Source: an uncultured Kineosporiaceae bacterium
GTDB lineage: Bacteria; Actinomycetota; Actinomycetes; Actinomycetales; Kineosporiaceae
Reading direction: 5' to 3'
NCBI GenBank assembly: GCA_964469635.1
Contig: CAYYCE010000003.1
Location: 1 to 28,352, forward strand
Length of the DNA: 28,352 nt
Both the position numbers and the translations under genes were made by a program. Below the pieces are notes generated by a model. That model saw only the letters and a program-made list of their open reading frames with translations. It did not search any database and had not been told where the DNA came from. Of this stretch, positions 1 through 8,161 are shown piece after piece; positions within the stretch are counted from its first letter, which is position 1, and each line of letters begins with the position of its first letter.

Positions 1-603
1 AGTTCGAGCTGCGGCAGGTACTGCGCAAGCGTGGCCGCCTGCGATGCCTCGCGCCGCCGGTTGGGTGTGGAGGCCATCGGCCTCTACCAGTTCCATCGGC
101 CGGACCCGGCAATCCCGTACGAGGACTCGATCGGTGCCATTCGCGACCTGCTGGATGACGGCGCCATCCGCATGGCCGGCATCTCGAACGCGAGCCCCGA
201 CCAGATCAGACTCGCCAACGGCGTCCTCGGCGGGCGCTTGGTCAGCGTCCAGAACCAGTTCTCCCCCTCCTTCCGTTCCAGCGAGCCGGAGCTCGAGCTG
301 TGTGACGAACTGGGCATCGCGTTCCTGCCGTGGAGCCCCTTCGGCGGCATCCGCCGGGCGGGGAGCCTGGGGCAGCGGTTCGGCGCGTTCCAGCTGGTCG
401 CCGACGCCCACGGCGTCAGCCCCCAGCAGGTGTGCCTGGCCTGGATGCTCGCCAGGTCCCCGGTCGTCGTCCCGATCCCCGGGGCCTCACGGCCGGAGTC
501 GATCCTCGACAGCGTGGGGGCCGCCGACCTCGTTCTGGACGGCGACGAGCTCGCCGCACTCGGCGGGGTACCCTCCGACTGGCCCGTCGGTGACGCGCCG
601 TGA
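1..603 (+). CDS. Aldo/keto reductase family protein, 5'-truncated by the window edge
   Basis: Frame 1 is open from base 1 to TGA at 601-603. It contains AKR motifs ACDASRRRLGVEAIGLYQFHRPDP, GISN, SVQNQFS, FLPWSPFGG, QVCLAWML and VVPIPGAS. The first ~10 codons do not look AKR-like, so the 5' boundary is uncertain. Confidence 0.9.
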   Translation, partial: SSSCGRYCASVAACDASRRRLGVEAIGLYQFHRPDPAIPYEDSIGAIRDLLDDGAIRMAGISNASPDQIRLANGVLGGRLVSVQNQFSPSFRSSEPELELCDELGIAFLPWSPFGGIRRAGSLGQRFGAFQLVADAHGVSPQQVCLAWMLARSPVVVPIPGASRPESILDSVGAADLVLDGDELAALGGVPSDWPVGDAP

Positions 604-616
604 CCCTCGAAGTTCT

Positions 617-697
617 CATGTGCGGCATCGGGCCCGTCCCCGCTGAGCAACGCGTGACGTTGTGCCCGTCGAGCGGGCACAACGTGACGTTGTGCCC
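617..697 (-). repeat. 81-bp dispersed palindromic element, copy 1 (23-bp palindrome, 7-bp spacer, 23-bp palindrome, 28-bp tail)
   Basis: GGGCACAACGT-G-ACGTTGTGCCC at 675-697 is a perfect palindrome. A degenerate unit GAGCAACGCGTGACGTTGTGCCC lies at 645-667, with spacer 668-674. The reverse complement of 617-644 aligns gaplessly with the tails of the copies at 6672 and 18270. Confidence 0.9.
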
Positions 698-735
698 GGG
701 GGGGTTGCGCGGGGATGCGGAGGGAAGGGGGGCGG

Positions 736-1092
736 GTGGCGGTTGAGATGAGCCGGGAGCGGTTCGAGGAGGCCGTGGCCGATGCCCTCGACTCGATCCC
801 GCCCGAGCTGACCGACATGATGGACAACGTGGTCATCCTGGTCGAGGACGACGCTCCCGCCGACGAGCCCGGTCTGTTGGGACTCTACGAGGGTGTACCG
901 CTGACCGAACGGGACGGCGCGTGGGCCGCCGGGGCCCTGCCAGACCGGATCATGATCTTTCGCCGCCCGACGCTGGCCGTCTGCCACACCGTCGAGGACG
1001 TCGTCGAGGAGGTCGCGGTGACCGTCGTCCACGAGATCGCCCATCACTTCGGGATCGACGACGGGCGACTCCACGAACTGGGCTGGGGCTGA
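736..1092 (+). CDS. Zincin-like metallopeptidase family protein (DUF1025-type minimal zincin)
   Basis: LLGLYEGVPLTER, LPDRIMIFRRP and the HExxH motif in TVVHEIAHHFGIDD. GTG at 736 follows a purine-rich RBS; ATG at 748 is an alternative start. Confidence 0.9.
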   Translation: MAVEMSRERFEEAVADALDSIPPELTDMMDNVVILVEDDAPADEPGLLGLYEGVPLTERDGAWAAGALPDRIMIFRRPTLAVCHTVEDVVEEVAVTVVHEIAHHFGIDDGRLHELGWG

Positions 1093-1126
1093 CCGGTCGT
1101 CGCGGGATCGCTACCGCGACTCGCCA

Positions 1127-1140
1127 GGGACCTAGGACCT
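1127..1140 (+). promoter_or_regulatory. Possible DosR/DevR-type box
   Basis: GGGACCTAGGACCT differs at 2 of 14 positions from the palindrome GGGACCTAGGTCCC and resembles the DosR core GGGACTWWAGTCCC. It ends 36 nt before the PNPOx-like start codon. Confidence 0.3.
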
Positions 1141-1176
1141 GTTGGCCGATTTTCCCGACGATGGAACGATCCGGGT

Positions 1177-1653
1177 ATGGATGCTGAGCCGACGACTCCT
1201 GGAATCGACCCGGTGGCGCGTGCGACCGGCGCCATGGAGATCCTCACCGAAGAGCAATGCTGGTCGCTCCTGGGCTCGGTGGAGGTGGGTCGGTTGGCTG
1301 TCGCGGCCGCCGGTGAGGTCGACATCTTCCCGGTGAACTTCCTGATCAACGAGCGCACGATCATGTTCCGTAGTGCCGAGGGCACCAAGCTGGTCGAGGT
1401 CGTTCTCGCCGGCCGGGTCGCGTTCGAGATCGACGGCTACGATCCCGAGCGCGGGCGAGCCTGGAGCGTCGTCTGCAAGGGGCAGGCCGAGCTGCTGGAC
1501 AAGTGGGACGACATCTACGCGGCCCAGGACCTGCCCCTGTTCCCGTGGAACCACTCCCCGAAGGAGCGGTTCGTGAGGATCACCCCCTACGAACTGTCCG
1601 GGCGACGGTTCACGGTGTATGCGACCAGGGACGGCGACGAGCCCAAGCTCTGA
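1177..1653 (+). CDS. Pyridoxamine 5'-phosphate oxidase-like flavin-binding protein (Pyridox_ox_2/NimA-like)
   Basis: LTEEQCWSLLGSVEVGRLAV, DIFPVNF, IMFRSAEGTKL, VAFEIDG, AWSVVCKG, PW and FVRITPYELSGRRF are typical split-barrel family motifs. Confidence 0.88.
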   Translation: MDAEPTTPGIDPVARATGAMEILTEEQCWSLLGSVEVGRLAVAAAGEVDIFPVNFLINERTIMFRSAEGTKLVEVVLAGRVAFEIDGYDPERGRAWSVVCKGQAELLDKWDDIYAAQDLPLFPWNHSPKERFVRITPYELSGRRFTVYATRDGDEPKL

Positions 1654-1831
1654 CGTGGGGCGGCGTACGGGGACCTTCCGCATTTCGTCAACTGCCAGAC
1701 ACGGTGTGTCATCGCGTTGCATCCTTGGGGTGATCGGTGATCGGTGATCGCCGCGGGGTGGTTCTTCTTGGGGGCCCGTCCGATTCAGACGATCGAGCCT
1801 GCGTTCCCATCGGTGCGGAGGAGGCAGCACG

Positions 1832-4600
1832 ATGGCAGTGGGTCGCCAGTCGTCCGCCGCCGCCCCGAACCCGGAGTCCCATCATCTGCGCGTCGTCCCC
1901 GGGACGGGCCGCGACGAGGACCGCACCGGTGCCCTGTTGCTCGGTCCGCGGACCGAGTCCACGCTGCTCGCCCGTGGGGTGGGCTGGCCCGCCGTCCTCG
2001 CCGCCGCCCAGGACCGGGTGCGTGCCGCCGGTCAGGCCGACGCCCTGCTCGAGGAACTCGTCGGTGCGGCGTCCTCCCTGGTCGACGCCTCCGCATCGGC
2101 ATCCCTGGTCGAGGGCGGTGTCCTCGTCCGCAAGGCCGCCACGGCGTCCGGGCCACGGCTGCTGATCGGCGCCGTGGTGCCGCACGAGGGCACTGTCTGC
2201 GGCGCCGCGGTCTCCGGACGACGGGTGGTGCGCACCGGGGTCGGTGCCCTGGCCGTCCCGGGCGGCGACATTCTGGGCGACGGGGAGCTGTCCAGCGCCT
2301 GTTGCCCGGGAGCGCGCTCCCACCTGGCCATCCCGCTCATGGACGGTGCCGTCGTGCTCGGGGTGCTGTCCCTGACCGCGGAGCAGCGTGGCTGGTTCGA
2401 CGAGGGTGACCAGGGGGCGGCAGCCCAACTGGCCGGGGTCGCGGCCCGGGCGCTCGCGGGCCTGCCGCTGCCCCGCGACCCCGCCGACGCGGCGGCCCCG
2501 GTGGACGAGGTCACCCCCGCCGGTCCCGGGTTGCGCGTCGTCGACCTCGACGCCCACTCGCTGGTCCCTCAGACCGACCTGGCCCACGCGTCCCTGCACG
2601 GGCTGGGGCTGTGGAGCTGGGACGCCACGACCGGGGACACCACGTGTTCGGCGTCCGTGACCGCTCTGCTCGGCCTCGGCCCGCAGGAGTACCTCACCCT
2701 CGACAAGTTCCGGGCCGCGCTGCATCCGGACGACCTGCCCCGCTTCGAGCAGGAGGTCACCCGGCAACTGGCCGGGGCCCCCCGCGTCGCGGGCACCTTC
2801 CGGGTGGGCACCCCGAGCGGCGAGCGGCAGGTGCACGCCTGGGGCGAGGTCCGGCGCGCCCCCCACGGCGGGCTCGCCGGTGCCTGGGGTGCCGTGGTCG
2901 ACGTCACCGAGCGCGAGCAGCAGGCGGCCGCTCTGCGCAGCACCCTGGCCGGGTTGCGGGCCGCCCAGGAGCTGACCGGCCTCGGGGTCTGGGAATGGCA
3001 CCCGCGCGACGGCCGATTGGAGTGGTCGGTCGGCATGTTCCGGATCGCCGGCCTCGAGCCGGGGGAGGCACACCCCTCCCTCGAGCTGTGGCACCGCCTG
3101 GTGCACCCCGAGGACCGCGACCGGGCCATGCGGCTGGACGCCCAGGTCGACGAGGGCCGGGGCACCGTGGAGACCTTCCGGGTGCAGGGCCTGGACGGCG
3201 TCCAGCGCCACGTCCAGGCCTGGTCGACGGTGATCCCGGCCGATGGCGCCTCCCCCCGGGCGGTGGCCGGTGCCGTCGTGGACGTCAGCCGTCAGGTCGA
3301 GGATCGTGTGGAGCTTGAGCGCCGTTCCTCGACCGACCCGGTGACCAAGCTGGCGAACCGGCTCGGGTTCGAGCGGCGGATGAAGACCCTTCTCGACGAG
3401 GACCATCGCGACGTGGGTCTGCTGCTGCTGGATCTCGACCGATTCAAGATGGTCAACGACTCGCTGGGGCACCAGGTCGGCGACCGGATGCTGGTCGAGG
3501 TCGCCCGCCGGCTGCAGCTGGTGGTCCCGCCGGGCAGCCTGACGGCGCGCATGGGCGGTGACGAGTTCGTCGTCGTCCCGCCCCCCGGGGTGGGATGGCG
3601 GGACCTGCGCGCCATCGCCCGGGAGGTGGTCGAGGCGCTGCGTATCCCGTTCTCGCTCAACGACAACGGCGAGGCGCTGTTCTGCCCGGCCAGCGTCGGG
3701 GTGACCTGCACGTCGGGCCGTCGGGTCGACAGCGACGTCCTGCTGAGCGAGGCGGACCTGGCGCTGTACCGGGCCAAGGACGACGGCCGTGACCGCTACG
3801 TGGTCTTCGACGACGCGCTGCGGGAGCGCGCCCGCGGTCGCCACCGGGCAGAACAGCGGCTGCGCGCCGCGCTCGAGGAGGATCGGCTGGTGCTGCAGTA
3901 CCAGCCGATCGTCGACTTCACCCACGGTCGGGTGGTCGGTGCCGAGGCGCTGGTGCGCATGCGGTCGGACGACGGCGAGCGGCTGCTGCCGCCGGAGACC
4001 TTCGTGGACGTCGCCGAGGACATCGGGCTCGTGGTGGAGCTCGACTGCTGGGTGGTGCAGACGGCGCTGTCCCAGCTCGCCAGGTGGCTGGAACACGCTC
4101 CGCCCGAGCGGGTCCCGTGGCTCGCGGTGAACGTCTCGCCGCGATCCATGGAGCACCCGCGCATCGTGCGCACCCTGCTGGACGGGCTCGAGGTGCGCGG
4201 CCTGCCGCCGCACCTGATCAAGGTGGAGCTCACCGAGAGCAGCTTCCTGTCCTCGCTGCCCGGCGGGGAGAAGGCCCTGCAGAAGCTGATCCGCCACCAG
4301 ATCCCGGTCGGGATCGACGACTTCGGCACCGGGTACTCGGCGCTGGCCTACCTGACCAGGTTCCAGCTCGACTTCATGAAGATCGACCGGTCGTTCGTCG
4401 CCTCGGTGGGTCAGGACTCCCGGGCCGACTCGGTGGTGACCGCCATCGTCGCGCTCGCCCACGCCCACCGCATGAAGGTGACCGCCGAGGGCATCGAGAC
4501 CGCCCGCCAGGCCCGCCGGCTGCGCGAGATCGGCTGTGACTTCGCCCAGGGCTTTCACTTCGGCCGTCCCGGGGACGCCAGCCGGATCCTGCGCGGGTAG
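1832..4600 (+). CDS. Diguanylate cyclase/phosphodiesterase: GAF + 2xPAS + GGDEF + EAL
   Basis: RBS GGAGGAGG precedes ATG 1832. GAF (SHLAIPLMDGAVVLGVLSL), two PAS_3-like repeats (GLWSWD...LHPDD; GVWEW...VHPED), GGDEF (LDLDRFKMVNDSLGHQVGD...MGGDEF) and EAL (AEALVR, VNVS, ELTE, DDFGTGYS, KIDRSF, EGIE, QGF). Confidence 0.95.
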   Translation: MAVGRQSSAAAPNPESHHLRVVPGTGRDEDRTGALLLGPRTESTLLARGVGWPAVLAAAQDRVRAAGQADALLEELVGAASSLVDASASASLVEGGVLVRKAATASGPRLLIGAVVPHEGTVCGAAVSGRRVVRTGVGALAVPGGDILGDGELSSACCPGARSHLAIPLMDGAVVLGVLSLTAEQRGWFDEGDQGAAAQLAGVAARALAGLPLPRDPADAAAPVDEVTPAGPGLRVVDLDAHSLVPQTDLAHASLHGLGLWSWDATTGDTTCSASVTALLGLGPQEYLTLDKFRAALHPDDLPRFEQEVTRQLAGAPRVAGTFRVGTPSGERQVHAWGEVRRAPHGGLAGAWGAVVDVTEREQQAAALRSTLAGLRAAQELTGLGVWEWHPRDGRLEWSVGMFRIAGLEPGEAHPSLELWHRLVHPEDRDRAMRLDAQVDEGRGTVETFRVQGLDGVQRHVQAWSTVIPADGASPRAVAGAVVDVSRQVEDRVELERRSSTDPVTKLANRLGFERRMKTLLDEDHRDVGLLLLDLDRFKMVNDSLGHQVGDRMLVEVARRLQLVVPPGSLTARMGGDEFVVVPPPGVGWRDLRAIAREVVEALRIPFSLNDNGEALFCPASVGVTCTSGRRVDSDVLLSEADLALYRAKDDGRDRYVVFDDALRERARGRHRAEQRLRAALEEDRLVLQYQPIVDFTHGRVVGAEALVRMRSDDGERLLPPETFVDVAEDIGLVVELDCWVVQTALSQLARWLEHAPPERVPWLAVNVSPRSMEHPRIVRTLLDGLEVRGLPPHLIKVELTESSFLSSLPGGEKALQKLIRHQIPVGIDDFGTGYSALAYLTRFQLDFMKIDRSFVASVGQDSRADSVVTAIVALAHAHRMKVTAEGIETARQARRLREIGCDFAQGFHFGRPGDASRILRG

Positions 4601-4775
4601 CCGCGCGGCCGAACCCGTTCCTCACCGCGGAAGGCGACGATCGGGTCCAGGACCACCTGAGGCCCTGCCCATCGTGCGGGCCTTCTCTGGGGCGAGGTCG
4701 AGCCGGGCCGGTGGATCCGGCCGGCTGGTCGGGGTCTGACCGGCCTGAGCGGCACGCCGGACTGTCATCGACGGA

Positions 4776-4781
4776 TACCGT
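4776..4781 (+). promoter_or_regulatory. Putative -10 element (TACCGT) of a leaderless transcript
   Basis: TANNNT hexamer 7 nt upstream of ATG 4789; no clear Shine-Dalgarno. Confidence 0.5.
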
Positions 4782-4788
4782 GAGAGCG

Positions 4789-6642
4789 ATGACCTGGACC
4801 GTGGCGATCGCCGCCGCGTTGCTCTTCGGCGGCGCCGGCTATATCGCCCTGGGCGCCTACGTCTGGCGGCGGCGGCGCGTGCCCGCCGCCGACGCCCTGC
4901 TCGTCGCCCTGTTCGGCAGTTTCCTGTGGGCCACCGGCTACGCGATCGAGATGACGACCCGGACGATCCCGGCGGCCACCGTGTGGAGCAGCACCAAGCA
5001 CATCGGGATCCTCATCCTGACCCCGGCGCTGCTGGCCTTCGCGGTGGAGTACACCGGCCGTGGCCGGCGCCTGACCCGACGGGGGCTGCTGCTGCTGTCG
5101 ATCGAGCCGCTGTTCATCCTGGTGGTGCTGGTCACACCGGGGTGGCACCACCTGATCCTGCCCTACCGCGATCTCAAGATCGCGACGAAGGACACGCCCT
5201 GGCCGATCCCCGGCAGCGGTCCCCTCTTCGTGCCGCACACCGTGTACTGCTACATCGTCCTGATGAGTGCGGTGGCGCTGCTGGCGGGGCGGCTGCTGCG
5301 GCTGGCGCGCCCGTACCGCCGTCCGGCCGTGACCATCATCCTCGTCTCGCTGACGCCCCTGCTCGGCAACATGTTCTACAACTTCGTCTACTCCGTCATC
5401 GACCCCACGCCCTTCTTGTTCGTGCTGCTCATGGTGGTACTGGTCTGGGGCTTCCTGCGGATGGGGCTGATCGACCTGGTCCCGATCGCCCGCGGCGCGG
5501 TGATGGAGCAGATGGCCGACGCGGTGCTGGTGCTGGACGCCTACAACCGGGTGCTCGACGTCAACCCCGCGGCGACGGTGATGCTCGGGGTGAGCGGCCC
5601 GCGCCTGGTGGGCCGCCTCGCCGAGGAGGTGCTGCCCCCGGTCTCCGACGCCTTCGAGAGGCATTGGCCGGGGGGATCGGCGCAGGTGGAGGTCTCCACC
5701 ACCACCGACAAGCTGGGCAGGTCCGGCGCCGACCCCGTGCACCTCGCCGTCCAGCTCAACTCGCTCGTGGACCGCAACGGGAGCGAGGCCGGCAAGCTGC
5801 TGGTGCTGCGGGACGTCACCGAGCGCACCGAGACCGAGCGCAAGCTGCGGGAGTTGCTGGATGCCGAGACCCACCTGGCCACCGTGTTGCAGACGAGTCT
5901 GCGGCCGGCGTCGCTGCCGACGGTGCCCGGGATCCGGCTCGCGGCGCGATCGCTGCCGGCCGGCCACGGCACGCATGTCAGCGGCGACTTCTACGACGTC
6001 CACCAGGCGCTCGGCGGCGACTGGGCGTTCGTGCTGGGGGATGTCGCCGGCAAGGGCGTGCACGCCGCCGTGGTGACTTCGATGGCGCGCTACACGGTCC
6101 GCACCCTGAGCGCCCAGGGGTGGTCGCCGAAGCAGGTCATCGAGCAGCTCAACCAGGCGTTGCTGGTCGACGTGGGGCCGGAACGGTTCTGTACCGTGGT
6201 CTACGGGCGGATCGGCGAGCGCAGCGTCGACGTCGACGGCCGGCCGCCGCCGGGGATCCGGCTGACCATCGCCCTGGGGGGACACCCGGCGCCGCTTGTA
6301 CGTCGCGTGGACGGCCGGATCGAGGCGATCGGCCGCTCCGGGACGGCGCTGGGCATCGTGCCGGTGGTCGACATCGAGGAGGTGACCGTCGAACTGGAGC
6401 CCGGGGAGGTGATGGTGGCGTTCACGGACGGTGTGACCGAGGCCCGCTGCGAGGGGGTCGAGTTCGGCGAGGAGCGTCTGGCCTGGACCATGGCCACCAG
6501 CGCCACCGGCCTGCGCGGCCTCACCGGGGAGGCCGCCGCGGCGCTGATGGCCGACGCCATGGCCGACCGGGTGATGGATGCCGTGACCGAGTTCGCCGAA
6601 CACCGCGACGACATCGCCGTCCTCGTGCTCGCCGTCTCCTGA
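4789..6642 (+). CDS. Membrane sensor PP2C phosphatase: HisKA_7TM-like N-terminus + PAS + SpoIIE
   Basis: Multiple hydrophobic helices with W/GY..E and YTGR motifs; PAS (MADAVLVLDAYNRVLDVNPAA...VLRDVTER); SpoIIE motifs LQTSLRP, VSGDFYDV, LGDVAGKG, FCTVVY, GGHPAPL, FTDGVTEA, DDIAVLVL. Start chosen at ATG 4789 rather than ORF start 4711. Confidence 0.92.
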   Translation: MTWTVAIAAALLFGGAGYIALGAYVWRRRRVPAADALLVALFGSFLWATGYAIEMTTRTIPAATVWSSTKHIGILILTPALLAFAVEYTGRGRRLTRRGLLLLSIEPLFILVVLVTPGWHHLILPYRDLKIATKDTPWPIPGSGPLFVPHTVYCYIVLMSAVALLAGRLLRLARPYRRPAVTIILVSLTPLLGNMFYNFVYSVIDPTPFLFVLLMVVLVWGFLRMGLIDLVPIARGAVMEQMADAVLVLDAYNRVLDVNPAATVMLGVSGPRLVGRLAEEVLPPVSDAFERHWPGGSAQVEVSTTTDKLGRSGADPVHLAVQLNSLVDRNGSEAGKLLVLRDVTERTETERKLRELLDAETHLATVLQTSLRPASLPTVPGIRLAARSLPAGHGTHVSGDFYDVHQALGGDWAFVLGDVAGKGVHAAVVTSMARYTVRTLSAQGWSPKQVIEQLNQALLVDVGPERFCTVVYGRIGERSVDVDGRPPPGIRLTIALGGHPAPLVRRVDGRIEAIGRSGTALGIVPVVDIEEVTVELEPGEVMVAFTDGVTEARCEGVEFGEERLAWTMATSATGLRGLTGEAAAALMADAMADRVMDAVTEFAEHRDDIAVLVLAVS

Positions 6643-6671
6643 CCACCCCGCTCCACCCCCACCCCAGGGAC

Positions 6672-6752
6672 GGGCACAACGTCACGCCGTGCCCGCCTGG
6701 CGGGCCCGACGTGACGTCGTGCCCGGCGGGTGTGGGCCCGACGCCACTCAAG
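6672..6752 (+). repeat. 81-bp dispersed palindromic element, copy 2
   Basis: GGGCACAACGTCACGCCGTGCCC (6672-6694), spacer GCCTGGC, GGGCCCGACGTGACGTCGTGCCC (6702-6724), tail GGCGGGTGTGGGCCCGACGCCACTCAAG (6725-6752). Confidence 0.9.
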
Positions 6753-6859
6753 GCCGGCCGGTGCGTCCCCGGGGTGCCTCCCACGGCCCGGCCGGGGATG
6801 TCGAGCTGATCACAACAACCCGGTCGTCTTCCGCACGGGGCGGCTGCAAGAATCGCGGC

Positions 6860-8077
6860 ATGCGTCACATCACCCAGTCCGCCAAATTGCGCGACGTCCG
6901 CTACGACGTCCGGGGGCCGATCCTCGTCGAGGCCGAACGGTTGGAGGCCGAGGGCCATCGGATCATGAAGCTCAACATCGGCAACCCCGCGCCATTCGGG
7001 TTCGAGGCGCCGGACGCGATCCTGCAGGACATGGTCCACAACCTGTCTCAGGCCCAGGGGTACAGCGACTCCCGCGGAATCTACTCGGCCAGAACGGCTG
7101 TGGCGCAGTACTACCAGTCTCGCGGGCTGATCGACACCCAGGTCGAGGACGTCTTCATCGGCAACGGCGTCAGCGAGCTGATCTCGATGGTGCTGCAGGC
7201 GTTCATCGACGACGGCAACGAGATCCTGGTGCCGGCCCCGGACTATCCGCTGTGGACCGGTGCCGTCACCCTGGCCGGCGGGAGGCCGGTGCACTACCTG
7301 TGCGACGAGGAGAACGGCTGGGCCCCCGACCTCGCCGACATCGAGAGCAAGATCACCGAGAACACCCACGCCCTGGTGATCATCAATCCGAACAACCCCA
7401 CCGGCGCGGTCTACTCCCAGGAGATGGTCGAGGCGCTGGTGGACATCGCTCGCCGGCACGACCTGGTGCTGATGTCCGACGAGATCTACGAGAAGATCCT
7501 CTTCGACGGCGCGGTGCATCACCACACCGCCACCCACGCCGGTGACGACGTCCTCTGCCTGACCTTCAGCGGGTTGTCCAAGGCCTACCGGGTGTGCGGG
7601 TTCCGCACCGGCTGGGTGACGATCTCGGGCCCGAAGCACCTGGCGGCGGACTTCATCGAGGGCCTGACCCTGCTGGCGAACATGCGGATGTGCGCGAACG
7701 TGCCCGCCCAGCACGCCATCCAGACCGCTCTGGGGGGCTACCAGTCGGTCACCGAGCTGATCGTCCCCGGCGGCCGGTTCTACGAGCAGGCCAAATTGGC
7801 CTCCCGACTGCTCAACGAGATCCCGGGGGTGAGCTGCGTCGAGCCCCGAGGGGCGCTCTACTGCTTCCCCCGGCTCGACCCCGACGTCTATCCGATCAAG
7901 GACGACGAGGCGTTCGTCATCGACCTGCTGCGGGTCACCAAGATCCTGGTCACCCACGGCACGGGGTTCAACTGGCCGAACCCCGACCACTTCCGGCTGG
8001 TGGCCCTGCCCAACGTCGAGGATCTGTCCGAGGCGATCGGGCGGATCTCCGACTATCTGGCCACGCTGCGGGACTGA
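6860..8077 (+). CDS. alaA: PLP-dependent class I/II aminotransferase, AlaA/AlaT (alanine transaminase) type
   Basis: QSAKLRDVRYDVRGP, KLNIGNPAPFGF, GYSDSRG, GNGVSELI, PAPDYPLWT, INPNNPTGA, DEIYEKI, PLP-lysine motif SGLSKAYRVCGFRTGW and GTGFNWPNPDHFR. ATG at 6860. Confidence 0.92.
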   Translation: MRHITQSAKLRDVRYDVRGPILVEAERLEAEGHRIMKLNIGNPAPFGFEAPDAILQDMVHNLSQAQGYSDSRGIYSARTAVAQYYQSRGLIDTQVEDVFIGNGVSELISMVLQAFIDDGNEILVPAPDYPLWTGAVTLAGGRPVHYLCDEENGWAPDLADIESKITENTHALVIINPNNPTGAVYSQEMVEALVDIARRHDLVLMSDEIYEKILFDGAVHHHTATHAGDDVLCLTFSGLSKAYRVCGFRTGWVTISGPKHLAADFIEGLTLLANMRMCANVPAQHAIQTALGGYQSVTELIVPGGRFYEQAKLASRLLNEIPGVSCVEPRGALYCFPRLDPDVYPIKDDEAFVIDLLRVTKILVTHGTGFNWPNPDHFRLVALPNVEDLSEAIGRISDYLATLRD

Positions 8078-8103
8078 GCTGCGGGACTGAGCTGCGGGAC
8101 TGA
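8065..8103 (+). repeat. Perfect tandem repeat, 3 x 13 bp (GCTGCGGGACTGA)
   Basis: Units at 8065-8077, 8078-8090 and 8091-8103. The first unit contains the last codons and the TGA stop of alaA. Confidence 0.95.
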
Positions 8104-8161
8104 GCCGCCGTCCGCCGTGACCGCGGGGCCGGTGCCCTCGGCCGCGGGTTACGGTGAGCGC

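Noticed and set aside
1-36. First codons do not resemble the expected AKR sequence; possible junction or inversion at the window edge
   Set aside because: Too little sequence to judge. The frame is open and the upstream context is outside the window.
617-697. Palindromic repeats as a possible CRISPR array
   Set aside because: Only two units per locus, with 7-bp spacers, dispersed over 18 kb, and no cas genes. This does not fit CRISPR geometry.
1729-1749. GGTGATC x3 microsatellite and the GACAC-N3-GTGTC palindrome (1698-1710) upstream of the GGDEF gene
   Set aside because: Too short to distinguish from chance in high-GC DNA without conservation data.
1709-4558. 949-aa minus-strand ORF, and similar long antisense ORFs (4765..6603, 6521..8761, 10055..12535, 13198..15993, 18634..20589, 25765..27426)
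   Set aside because: These are shadow ORFs of genuine genes. High-GC codon usage depletes stops on the antisense strand, and the translations have no recognisable motifs.
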